Shown: in pieces, positions 18,158 through 25,583 of the stretch
Layout: each line of letters starts with the position of its first letter
Numbering within the stretch: position 1 is the first letter of the stretch
Source: Candidatus Methylomirabilota bacterium
Lineage (GTDB): Bacteria; Methylomirabilota; Methylomirabilia; Methylomirabilales; CSP1-5
Assembly (NCBI GenBank): GCA_019456075.1
Contig: VRUN01000005.1
Location: 1-48,257 of the forward strand
Reading direction: 5' to 3'
Length of the DNA stretch: 48,257 nt
Made by a program: the position numbers and the translations under genes
The notes under the pieces: model-generated
What the model saw: the letters and a program-made list of their open reading frames with translations, nothing else
What the model was told of the DNA's origin: nothing
The model's database searches: none

Positions 18158-19567
18158 CTAGTATTTCCGGCGTCGGCTGGAGGAGGGGATCTTAAGCTGT
18201 CCCCGATACTTGGCAACGGTCCGACGGGCGATATCAATGCCTTGCTGCTTTAAAATCTCTACAATCTTCTGGTCTGAAAGAGGTTTACCTGTGTCTTCCG
18301 TCGTGAGGTGCCTTCGGACGAACTCTTTGACGGTGAGGGAGGAAACCGCCGCGCCATCCACGGCCTGAACTCCCCGATGGAAAAAATACTTGAGCTCGAA
18401 GAGGCCCTCGGGGGTGTGCACGTACTTGTTCGTGGTGACCCGGCTCACGGTCGACTCATGCATGCTAATGTCTTCTGCCACCTCCTTGAGGGTCAGCGGC
18501 CGCATCTGGGTAATTCCTCTCTCCAGAAACTCCCGTTGAAACTTGACAATTGATTCACTCACCTTGAACAGCGTGCGCTGGCGCTGCTCAATTGAACGGA
18601 TCAGCCAGAGAGCAGATCGCATCTTCCCTTCGACGTACTCCCGGGTCTCCTTGGAACTCGATCGCCCTTTGCCCAATAGCCCTCGATAATAGGCGCTGAT
18701 CCGCAGCCGCGGAAGACCATCCTCGTTGAGGACCACGACAAACCGATCATCGACCTTGAGGATATAGACGTCCGGGGTAATATAGCGCGGCTCCTCGGTG
18801 GTAAAAGTGCGCCCAGGCTTCGGCTCGAGAGAACAGATGAGGAGAAGTGCATCTTGAATCACCTTGATGGAGACTTTCAGTCTTTCGGCAATCCTCGTGA
18901 GATAGCGCCCCTCCAGCTCCGCCAGGTGGTCACCAACAAGCGTGCGCGCCATTGTGACCTGTTCCCCATCCCTCAAGCTATTCAGCTGAAGGAGGAGGCA
19001 CTCCCGGAGGTCTCGCGCAGCAACCCCGGGGGGATCGAAGCTCTGGACCAACTCGAGCGCCTTCTCAATGGCGGCCTGGTCCGCGGATGTCTTCCCCCGG
19101 AGTTCTCCCGGCTCCAAATCCAGATACCCGTTCTCATCCAAATTCCCAATGATTTCGGTTGCCCAATGAATGAGATCGGGATCCGACGTGGAAAGATGTA
19201 GCTGGAAAAGAAGGTGGTCCGCCAGGGAGCGCGGTCGGGTCAGGCGTTCCTCGGGGGACCAGCGCTCAACTTCTTCCCGCGGAAACTCCCGACGATAGTC
19301 TGAGGCATCCTCGAGATAGCTTTCCCAGTCAAAATCGGAGAGAGGGTCCTCTCCCGGTTTTTCCTCGTCGTCCCCAGACGCTTCCTCCGTAACTTGCGCC
19401 TCCTCCGGAACCTCTTCATCGAGGAGTGGATTTTCCTCTAACTCTTGCCGAACCGCCTGGATCAGCTCCAATCGAGAGAGCTGCAGCAGGCCGATGGCCT
19501 GTTGCAGCGATTGGGTCATGATCATCCGCTGGGTCTGGCGAAGTTGGAGGCGCAGTTCCATGGACAT
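18158..19567 (-). CDS. rpoN: RNA polymerase sigma-54 factor
   Basis: 469 aa with a Q/L-rich region I, acidic region II, core-binding domain and a C-terminal HTH plus RpoN box (ARRTVAKYR). Confidence 0.95.
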   Translation of the reverse strand: MSMELRLQLRQTQRMIMTQSLQQAIGLLQLSRLELIQAVRQELEENPLLDEEVPEEAQVTEEASGDDEEKPGEDPLSDFDWESYLEDASDYRREFPREEVERWSPEERLTRPRSLADHLLFQLHLSTSDPDLIHWATEIIGNLDENGYLDLEPGELRGKTSADQAAIEKALELVQSFDPPGVAARDLRECLLLQLNSLRDGEQVTMARTLVGDHLAELEGRYLTRIAERLKVSIKVIQDALLLICSLEPKPGRTFTTEEPRYITPDVYILKVDDRFVVVLNEDGLPRLRISAYYRGLLGKGRSSSKETREYVEGKMRSALWLIRSIEQRQRTLFKVSESIVKFQREFLERGITQMRPLTLKEVAEDISMHESTVSRVTTNKYVHTPEGLFELKYFFHRGVQAVDGAAVSSLTVKEFVRRHLTTEDTGKPLSDQKIVEILKQQGIDIARRTVAKYRGQLKIPSSSRRRKY

Positions 19568-19667
19568 GGCTGATCAGCTCACGGTTGGCGGCTTTCGCAC
19601 GCCCAAGCACCCAAGGACATTATCACTAGTTCGTGTCGAAATTGCTCTCCTGTCCTATGTCACCACC

Positions 19668-20432
19668 CTACAAGGTAAAACGCTCCCCCAGGTAGATCTC
19701 CCGGGCCTTTTGGTCGGCGGCCAGCTCAGCCGCCGTCCCCGCTAACAGAACCTCCCCCTTATGCAAGATATAGGCCCGATCCACAACTTGCAAGGTTTCT
19801 CGCACATTGTGATCGGTCATCAGGAGACCGATCCCCTTGCTCTTCAACTGCATGAGCATGGCCTGGATATCGTACACCGCGATGGGATCGATCCCTGAAA
19901 AAGGCTCGTCCAAGAGGATAAATGCGGGTGACGTCGCCAGAGAGCGGGCGATCTCGGTGCGCCGCCGCTCCCCCCCAGAGAGGGTATAGGCCGGTGCCCT
20001 CGCGAGGTGGGCAATGTTCAGTTCGTGGAGGAGGTCATCCAACCGTTTCCTCCGTTCCGCCTCGCTCAGGGGGAGGGTTTCCAGGACAGCCATCAAATTC
20101 TCTTTGACCGTCAGCCGGCGGAAGACCGACGCTTCCTGGGGGAGAAATCCTATTCCACGCCGCGCGCGCTGGTAGACCGGGAGAGTGGTAATTTCCTCGC
20201 CATTCAAGAAGACACGACCACCGTCTGCTTGTATAAGGCCAAGGATCATATAAAACGTGGTCGTCTTCCCTGCGCCGTTCGGTCCCAGGAGCCCTACCAC
20301 CTCCCCCGGCCGAACCGTGAGACTTACCCCGGAAACGACCTTTCTTCCCTGGAAGGCCTTTACCAACTCCTCGGCACGAAGACCCTCCTCCGGACCGTCC
20401 TCCCCCGACCTGATGGCACGCTCTTGACTCAC
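19668..20432 (-). CDS. lptB: LPS export ABC transporter ATP-binding protein
   Basis: Walker A GPNGAGKTT, signature LSGGERRR, Walker B ILLDEPFSGIDP. Sits between lptA and rpoN. Confidence 0.92.
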   Translation of the reverse strand: MSQERAIRSGEDGPEEGLRAEELVKAFQGRKVVSGVSLTVRPGEVVGLLGPNGAGKTTTFYMILGLIQADGGRVFLNGEEITTLPVYQRARRGIGFLPQEASVFRRLTVKENLMAVLETLPLSEAERRKRLDDLLHELNIAHLARAPAYTLSGGERRRTEIARSLATSPAFILLDEPFSGIDPIAVYDIQAMLMQLKSKGIGLLMTDHNVRETLQVVDRAYILHKGEVLLAGTAAELAADQKAREIYLGERFTL

Positions 20433-20977
20433 CTGCGCAAGTTTACCTCGCCTGCCTTGACTTCCGCTTTGGGGTAGATGACCGCGGTTACCCGCTCACT
20501 CTCATTCCCCTCGACCACTTGACGGTTCTCCTGAATATACAGGGTCATCCGCGCCCCGCTCACCATGTTTCCCTCGTGCCAGACCCTCGGGTGCCCCTCC
20601 AAGAGCACCCTCTCCTGCGCAATGGAGTACGTTGCTCGCTCAGAGACGGCGGTAGTCCCCTCCCCCTGGGAGATATGGACATTGCCAAGCGCTACCATGC
20701 GTTCGACTGCTTCCATTTTCTCATCAAATTCGAGCTCCATCCGATCGGCAGTAACCGTTAGGTCAGGCGTCTTGGCCACCACATTGCCGGTGTAGATCGC
20801 CCGGCGCTCCTTCCAGCTCACCTCCAGGTGATCGGCGGTGATGGTCGTGGGCCGTTGCGGCTCTGTCGCTCCAGACGGTGGACTCTGGGCTGCCCATGCG
20901 GATGTTCCGACGAGGATGAACAACGCACATCCTACCCCTACCCCTCGCCGCAAAAAGCTCATTGCGCTTGCTCCCAT
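20429..20977 (-). CDS. lptA: LPS transport periplasmic protein LptA (OstA-like)
   Basis: Signal peptide plus an OstA_N beta-jellyroll pattern (ITADHLEV...RAIYTGNVV...GNVHISQGE...V.GARMTLY). 4-nt overlap with lptB. Confidence 0.8.
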   Translation of the reverse strand: MGASAMSFLRRGVGVGCALFILVGTSAWAAQSPPSGATEPQRPTTITADHLEVSWKERRAIYTGNVVAKTPDLTVTADRMELEFDEKMEAVERMVALGNVHISQGEGTTAVSERATYSIAQERVLLEGHPRVWHEGNMVSGARMTLYIQENRQVVEGNESERVTAVIYPKAEVKAGEVNLRR

Positions 20978-21543
20978 TTTCCGGATAACGTGATCTGGGA
21001 ATAGATCGGCCCGTGGAAGGTTACCCGCTCCTGGATTGTGTCGGCCACCATTCCCTTCCCCCGAATCTGCAATCCCTTCTTCTCAATCACCACCGGGGCA
21101 TCGGTGCTGATCTGGCGCTTTTCCGCAACCCAAGTGAAGTCCTTGCCGAAAATTCTTGTTCCCTCGCTGGACTCCGATCGGACCTGACCGATGAGCTGGA
21201 GGTCCTTCGTCTTGAGGTTCACAACCACTTTTTCAGCGAATGAAGTCAACGTCTCCTCACCGTGGTACATCACGATCCGCACGGGGTGGACCACCTGGAC
21301 GAGAATAGCTAGCCCTTGTTCCTCAAAAACCTCCGCCCTGTCTGCTTCGACTTTCCATATCCGTTTACCTTTCCGCGTCTCTGTCATCCGAAAATGCTCG
21401 ATGGTGGCATCGGGCTGCACGTTAGAGGAAAGAGGGAGGGTAGGGCCAGCCTCTCCTTTTCCCGCCATCGGAGTCTGGGGTCCGAGGACATGGATGCCGG
21501 CGAGCACGATTGTTATCATCATGACGCGGAACGGGACTCGCAT
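20959..21543 (-). CDS. lptC: LPS export system protein LptC
   Basis: 194 aa with an N-terminal membrane anchor and an LptC-like beta-rich domain. Position upstream of lptA-lptB. Confidence 0.7.
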   Translation of the reverse strand: MRVPFRVMMITIVLAGIHVLGPQTPMAGKGEAGPTLPLSSNVQPDATIEHFRMTETRKGKRIWKVEADRAEVFEEQGLAILVQVVHPVRIVMYHGEETLTSFAEKVVVNLKTKDLQLIGQVRSESSEGTRIFGKDFTWVAEKRQISTDAPVVIEKKGLQIRGKGMVADTIQERVTFHGPIYSQITLSGKWEQAQ

Positions 21544-21657
21544 AGGGGCTTTTCATACCATACCCCTGGGACAAAGTAAAGGGGGGGGGAAGCCAGGCAA
21601 CGGGCATGACGTCCGGGCTTATGAAACTCGTGACGACGAGGAAAAAGGGGGAAGAAA

Positions 21658-22878
21658 TCAGGCAAAGGCGCTCAGGTCTGTGATGTCTTGACCTAAGACG
21701 AGGGTGTGAATATCGTGCGTCCCCTCGTAGGTGTAGAGGGTCTCCAGATTCAGCATGTGACGAATGACCGGATACTCGTCCACAATGCCAGCGGCTCCTA
21801 AGATTTCCCGGGCAAGCCTGGCGATTTCTCTGGCCTTGTCCACATTGTTCATCTTCGCCAGCGAGACCTGGGTGTGGTGGACGTGCTCCGCCTGCTTGAG
21901 TTGGCCCAGTCGGAGACAAAGGAGTTGGGCCTTGGTGATTTCGGTAAGCATATAGACCAGCTTCTGTTGCACAAGTTGGAATCCCGCGATGGGTCGGCCA
22001 AATTGAACCCTCGTCTTGGCATATTTGAGTGCAACGTCGTAGCACGTCATGGCCGCGCCTACAGCTCCCCAGGCAATGCCATACCTCGCCTGATTCAGGC
22101 ATGCGAAGGCTGCCTTGAGTCCCTGCGCGGTCCCGGGCAGTAGGTTCTCCCTCGGTATACGGCAATCTTGAAAGATAAGCTCGGACGTGACAGACGCGCG
22201 AAGGGAGAACTTTCCCTCGATCTCCCTCGCGGTAAATCCTGGCATCCCCTTCTCCACTAAGAAGCCGCGAATCCCTTCGTCGGTCCGAGCCCAGACCACC
22301 GCAACATCCGAAATCGTCCCATTGGTAATCCACAACTTACTGCCATTCAGAATGTAGTGATCTCCCCGGCGCACGGCCTTGGTCACCATCCCTCCAGGGT
22401 CAGATCCGTAATCCGGCTCGGTGAGTCCAAAGCAACCGACTTTTTCGCCCCTGGCGAGCCGAGGGAGCCACCCGATCTTTTGTGCCTCCGTCCCAAAGGC
22501 GCGGATCGGGAACATAACCAGGGCCCCTTGAACCGAGGCAAAGCTCCTGAGCCCGCTATCTCCGCGCTCAAGTTCCTGCATGATAAGCCCGTAGGCAACC
22601 TCGGTAATCCCGGGACACCCGTACCCTTGAAGATTCGCCCCCAGAACTCCCAACTCCCCAAGCCGCGGGATAAGGGCTAAAGGGAAGGTCCCCTGCCGAT
22701 GATGTGCCTCGATGATTGGAAGCACTTCGGCATCGACGAAGTCTCGGACCGTGTTTCGGACCAAGCGCTCTTCATCCGTATAGAGCTCATCTACCCGATA
22801 GTAGTCGAGGCCAGTGAATCGCTCCATTTCGATCTCTGCGAAAAAGGGGACAGATGTCTTGGGAGTGAAAGATACCAT
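21658..22878 (-). CDS. gcdH: glutaryl-CoA dehydrogenase (acyl-CoA dehydrogenase family)
   Basis: Collinear with human and Pseudomonas GCDH: GELGVLG...GYGC.G...VAYGL...ELER.DSG.RS..SVQ..LVM.PI, GCFGLTEP..GSDP, IRGF..EKG, GKFSLRAS, CLN.ARYGIAWG, NLE...TYEGTHDIH.L.LG. An alternative start at ATG 22827 (MERFTG...) would give a 389-aa product closer to bacterial GcdH length. Confidence 0.9.
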   Translation of the reverse strand: MVSFTPKTSVPFFAEIEMERFTGLDYYRVDELYTDEERLVRNTVRDFVDAEVLPIIEAHHRQGTFPLALIPRLGELGVLGANLQGYGCPGITEVAYGLIMQELERGDSGLRSFASVQGALVMFPIRAFGTEAQKIGWLPRLARGEKVGCFGLTEPDYGSDPGGMVTKAVRRGDHYILNGSKLWITNGTISDVAVVWARTDEGIRGFLVEKGMPGFTAREIEGKFSLRASVTSELIFQDCRIPRENLLPGTAQGLKAAFACLNQARYGIAWGAVGAAMTCYDVALKYAKTRVQFGRPIAGFQLVQQKLVYMLTEITKAQLLCLRLGQLKQAEHVHHTQVSLAKMNNVDKAREIARLAREILGAAGIVDEYPVIRHMLNLETLYTYEGTHDIHTLVLGQDITDLSAFA

Positions 22879-22883
22879 GACCG

Positions 22884-22917
22884 CTCAGGGAAGACAAGGA
22901 CAGGCTCATTCCCTGAG
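22884..22917 (-). promoter_or_regulatory. 9-bp stem hairpin ending 5 nt before the upstream gcdH ATG
   Basis: mRNA sense reads CTCAGGGAA-(16 nt)-TTCCCTGAG-CGGTC-ATG. It occupies the position where an SD for ATG 22878 would be expected. Confidence 0.4.
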
Positions 22918-23054
22918 GGAGGGGGAAAAACACACCGTGCGTGATCGTCAGGGTGCCAGCAACTCTGCCCCCCTCATCCCGTACCACTTACCGGGTGACG
23001 ACTCTCGATGTTTGCACCTCCGTCGAATCCAATATGATCCCAATATAATTACAG

Positions 23055-23073
23055 CTGGGGGAAGGTCCCCCAG
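23055..23073 (-). terminator. GC-rich hairpin (possible intrinsic terminator/attenuator) after micro-ORF 1
   Basis: CTGGGGG-ACCTT-CCCCCAG (7-bp perfect stem) lies 13 nt after TAG 23087 and is followed by CTGTAATTATATT (moderately U-rich). Confidence 0.5.
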
Positions 23074-23086
23074 CCAGGCAGTACTT

Positions 23087-23152
23087 CTATTTCTTCTTTT
23101 TGCCTTTTTTCTTCGCCGGCTTAGCTGCCTTCTTCTTCGCCTTTTTACCCAT
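23087..23152 (-). CDS. micro-ORF 1, 21-aa lysine-rich peptide MGKKAKKKAAKPAKKKGKKKK
   Basis: Hand-translated, ATG 23152 to TAG 23087. Preceded by GACGAAAGGGGGTGAGAC (extended SD AAGGGGGTGA, 6 nt spacing). Paralogue 123 nt upstream. Confidence 0.6.
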   Translation of the reverse strand: MGKKAKKKAAKPAKKKGKKKK

Positions 23153-23209
23153 TCAGTCTCACCCCCTTTCGTCACAGATTACCGTTCGCGACCCAGTAAG
23201 GCACCACTC

Positions 23210-23275
23210 CTATTTCTTCTTCTTGGGAGCTGCCTTCTTCGTGGTCTTTTTGGCTGCTTTCCTCTTCTTTGCCAT
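23210..23275 (-). CDS. micro-ORF 2, 21-aa lysine-rich peptide MAKKRKAAKKTTKKAAPKKKK
   Basis: Hand-translated, ATG 23275 to TAG 23210. Has the identical 18-nt leader GACGAAAGGGGGTGAGAC, the same length and the same KKKK-TAG ending as micro-ORF 1. Confidence 0.6.
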   Translation of the reverse strand: MAKKRKAAKKTTKKAAPKKKK

Positions 23276-23305
23276 CCCGTCTCACCCCCTTTCGTCGCAG
23301 GTCGT

Positions 23306-23327
23306 CCCCCTCGGCCTTGCCGGGGGG
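23306..23327 (-). terminator. strong GC hairpin 13 nt after the HEPN gene stop (no U-tail)
   Basis: Plus strand reads CCCCC-T-CGGC-CTT-GCCG-GGGGG, i.e. 9 bp with one bulge and a 3-nt loop. Confidence 0.3.
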
Positions 23328-23339
23328 ATTGGTCCCACG

Positions 23340-23789
23340 CTATAGCAAACGCGTCTGCAGGTCCTTGGCATAGACGCGCTTGGTCACGGCGCCCACCAGT
23401 TGCTCCGCGATGTTGAGCGTCGCTTCCAGCTCATACAGGGAAATTGGGCGGTCTGCTGCCTCCAAGAAATGCTGTCCCTTCTTTCGCACCTGCTCGAGAT
23501 CCTCCACCATAGAGACCTCCTCCTCACCGACGAGGTAGGCCGTCATCTGGAGGAGCGTCCGTGCCTGATCCCGTCCCCTGGGACGGAAACCTTCCGCCAG
23601 CGTCAGGGCCCGGGCCGCTCGCACGATGGCGTGCGCGGCGACGACGTACGCCCACTCGGAATCGGTCCCCACAATCGCCTGCGCCGTCTTGAGATCTTTT
23701 TGCGACCTCGCCATAAGACGATTCGCTCGGTGCAAGTCGGGTGCCACCACCTCCACCAAGCCTCTCGCCTTCAGCTGTTCAAAGATCAT
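23340..23789 (-). CDS. HEPN-domain protein (putative toxin/RNase partner of the upstream gene)
   Basis: 149 aa, all-helical. The layout is typical of HEPN, with AxxLxxAxxDLxxA and AAHAIVRAARALTLAEG helices and a candidate Rx4H motif (RKKGQH). The start overlaps the upstream gene by 11 nt. Confidence 0.6.
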   Translation of the reverse strand: MIFEQLKARGLVEVVAPDLHRANRLMARSQKDLKTAQAIVGTDSEWAYVVAAHAIVRAARALTLAEGFRPRGRDQARTLLQMTAYLVGEEEVSMVEDLEQVRKKGQHFLEAADRPISLYELEATLNIAEQLVGAVTKRVYAKDLQTRLL

Positions 23790-24339
23790 GGAATGACCCG
23801 ATCAAGGAGACCGTGCTTCCTTGCAAGACCTCCCGCAAGAAAGGATCTCCCTCCGCCTTCCGTCGCTGATACTCTCCCTCATCAAAAACCAGGTAATTGA
23901 TACTCCGTCCGATGCGCAGCTCCAGGTCCGCCACACCTCGATTCAATTGCGCCATGCGAGGCCGCCCCACCACCAACACATCAATCGCTTCTCGCTCCGC
24001 AGCGTCGGACTCCCCAAAGATGATAGCGACCCGGATTCCGGGAACACTCCGAAGCGTCTCGCCAATTGCCTGAGGCACCCCTCGCGTCTTGTCGATGATT
24101 GCCTTCAGTTCCGGATACAGGGGGAAGGTCTTGTCGACGGCGTAGTAACGAAGATTGCCAACCTTGCTGCTCGCCAGGAGGCCTGCCTTTTCCAAGTTAT
24201 CTAGCTCCCGTTTTATCCCCGAGATATCTCGATTGAGTTCCCGAACAATTTCCCTCACGTAGAAGCGTTCCTCTGCACGGCTCAAAAAGAGTTCCAGCAA
24301 GTCTACCCGGGTCTCAGACGAAAAGAACCTGTCCAGCAT
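23779..24339 (-). CDS. ArsR-like winged-helix regulator fused to a minimal nucleotidyltransferase-like domain (MNT-like antitoxin candidate)
   Basis: N-terminal wHTH (YVREIVRELNRDISGIKRELDNLEKAGLLASSKVGNLRYYAV). The C-terminal region VAIIFGESDAAEREAIDVLVVG resembles the MNT hG[GS]x9-13DxD core but has substitutions. Confidence 0.65.
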   Translation of the reverse strand: MLDRFFSSETRVDLLELFLSRAEERFYVREIVRELNRDISGIKRELDNLEKAGLLASSKVGNLRYYAVDKTFPLYPELKAIIDKTRGVPQAIGETLRSVPGIRVAIIFGESDAAEREAIDVLVVGRPRMAQLNRGVADLELRIGRSINYLVFDEGEYQRRKAEGDPFLREVLQGSTVSLIGSFHDL

Positions 24340-24357
24340 CTATATCTTCCCTCTGAT

Positions 24358-24391
24358 GAATTAAATACATCAAGGGATACTTTTTTGTCAA
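24358..24391 (-). promoter_or_regulatory. candidate sigma-70 promoter for the wHTH-NT/HEPN pair
   Basis: The only AT-rich stretch in the area. Minus strand reads GTGTTGACAAAAAAGTATCCCTTGATGTATTTAATTC, with a perfect TTGACA (24391..24386) and an A/T-rich -10 region TGTATTTAAT. A GAGGGAAG SD follows before ATG 24339. Confidence 0.45.
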
Positions 24392-24554
24392 CACTTTTTT
24401 TAGCCTCTGGCAAAAGAAGGGCTGGAGGAATCAAGGGATACCCCCCTTCGTGTGACAGACCTCTTCAAAGGAGGGGGCCAATCCTGTGGAGAGCAACTGA
24501 ACTGATCCGGCAGGAAGGGTTGGATCCGCGTCAAAGCCGGCCACGAAAGCCCCC

Positions 24555-25583
24555 TCACCCCTCCTCTGGCGGGACCCCGAGCGACCCCCCGGGGGATTCC
24601 GCGCCCCCAAAGAAGAGGGGCCGCTCGAAGCTGCGGTGGAACACGGTCCACCCCCCCCGATGAGGGTCCGGGTGCTGCTTGACCAGTTTCAGGAAGAGGT
24701 TGACCTTGCCGTCCAGGTTTTCCACCGCGTGGAGAATCAGGGCCTCCACAGTCTTCGGTCGCCGCGGCGAGCCCCACTCATACTGTCCGTGATGACTCAG
24801 GATGTTATGAAGCAGCTCCATCCGGAGTTGAGGCGGGAAATCCGGAATCTGCTCGATCTGTTCTTCAACAAACAAGACTCCCTGCGTGATATGACCGAGG
24901 AGTCGCCCCTCATCGGAGTAATCAAACCCGCGCTCCCACGTGAGCTCAAAGATCTTTCCCACATCATGAAGGATCGCGCTCGCCAGCAAGAGATCGCCAT
25001 CGACCGCCCCTCCGTAATGGGAGGCAATGGCCTTGCATAGCTTTACAACTGAAACGGTGTGCTCCAGCAGGCCTCCGAGGTACGCGTGGTGAAGCCCTTT
25101 GGCCGCCGGCGCAGCGGCAAAGGCCTCACGAAAGCCTTCCCGTTCTGAGATGCGAGAGAGGAGATGCTTGAGCGGGTCGCTGGTGAATGCGTGGATCGTC
25201 TCCTGAAGAAAGGCCAGCATCGAGGTCACATCAGCCTCGGTGGTGGGAAGAAAATCTCCAAGGGTTGCCTCACCTGTCTGAGCGAGCCGCAGTCGCTGAA
25301 TGGTAAGTTGCATCTCTCCCTGATAGCTCCCCACCACGCCTTGCACCTTCACAAGATCCCCTTCCCGGACCCGTTCTCCGATCCCCTCCAGGTCCTCCCA
25401 CATCACCGCGGGGAGCTCGCCTGTTTGATCGGCCAAAAGAAAGGTTAGGAAGGCCTCGCCGGTCTTCCGTAGGCGGAGTTGAGGATTTCTCACTAGAAAG
25501 AAGGAGGTAACGGTATCATGAAGTTTGAGGTCCTTCACGGCTACCCGCTCCGGTGCCACCTTACTCCTCTCCTCCATCCCCAT
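24555..25583 (-). CDS. YhaM-like 3'-5' exoribonuclease (OB-fold + HD domain)
   Basis: OB fold (FFLVRNPQLRLRKTGEAFLTFLLADQTGELPAVMWE...VKVQGVVGSYQGEMQL) followed by an HD domain (HHAYLGGLLEHT...ILHDVGK). Start set at ATG 25583, overlapping the fadD TAA by 1 nt (TAATG). The ORF is open to 25655. Confidence 0.75.
   Translation of the reverse strand: MGMEERSKVAPERVAVKDLKLHDTVTSFFLVRNPQLRLRKTGEAFLTFLLADQTGELPAVMWEDLEGIGERVREGDLVKVQGVVGSYQGEMQLTIQRLRLAQTGEATLGDFLPTTEADVTSMLAFLQETIHAFTSDPLKHLLSRISEREGFREAFAAAPAAKGLHHAYLGGLLEHTVSVVKLCKAIASHYGGAVDGDLLLASAILHDVGKIFELTWERGFDYSDEGRLLGHITQGVLFVEEQIEQIPDFPPQLRMELLHNILSHHGQYEWGSPRRPKTVEALILHAVENLDGKVNLFLKLVKQHPDPHRGGWTVFHRSFERPLFFGGAESPGGSLGVPPEEG

Noticed and set aside
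23100-23345. Plus-strand 81-aa Phe-rich repeat ORF (MPFFFAGLAAFFFAFLPIQSHPLSSQ...) antisense to the Lys micro-ORFs.
   Set aside because: It starts at a TTG with no SD. Its internal repeat SHPLSSQ is simply the antisense of the duplicated SD leader, and poly-Phe is the mirror image of poly-Lys. The minus-strand reading has two perfect SDs and ATG starts, gives two ORFs of equal length and has a following hairpin.
24385-24777. ORFs 24385..24663(+) and 24400..24777(-) in and next to the yhaM-like 3' end.
   Set aside because: They are Pro/Gly/Arg-rich with no motifs, and they overlap the C-terminus of the yhaM-like gene. The only non-coding part, 24340..24554, is better explained as the promoter/leader of the wHTH-NT gene plus the 3' UTR of the yhaM-like gene.
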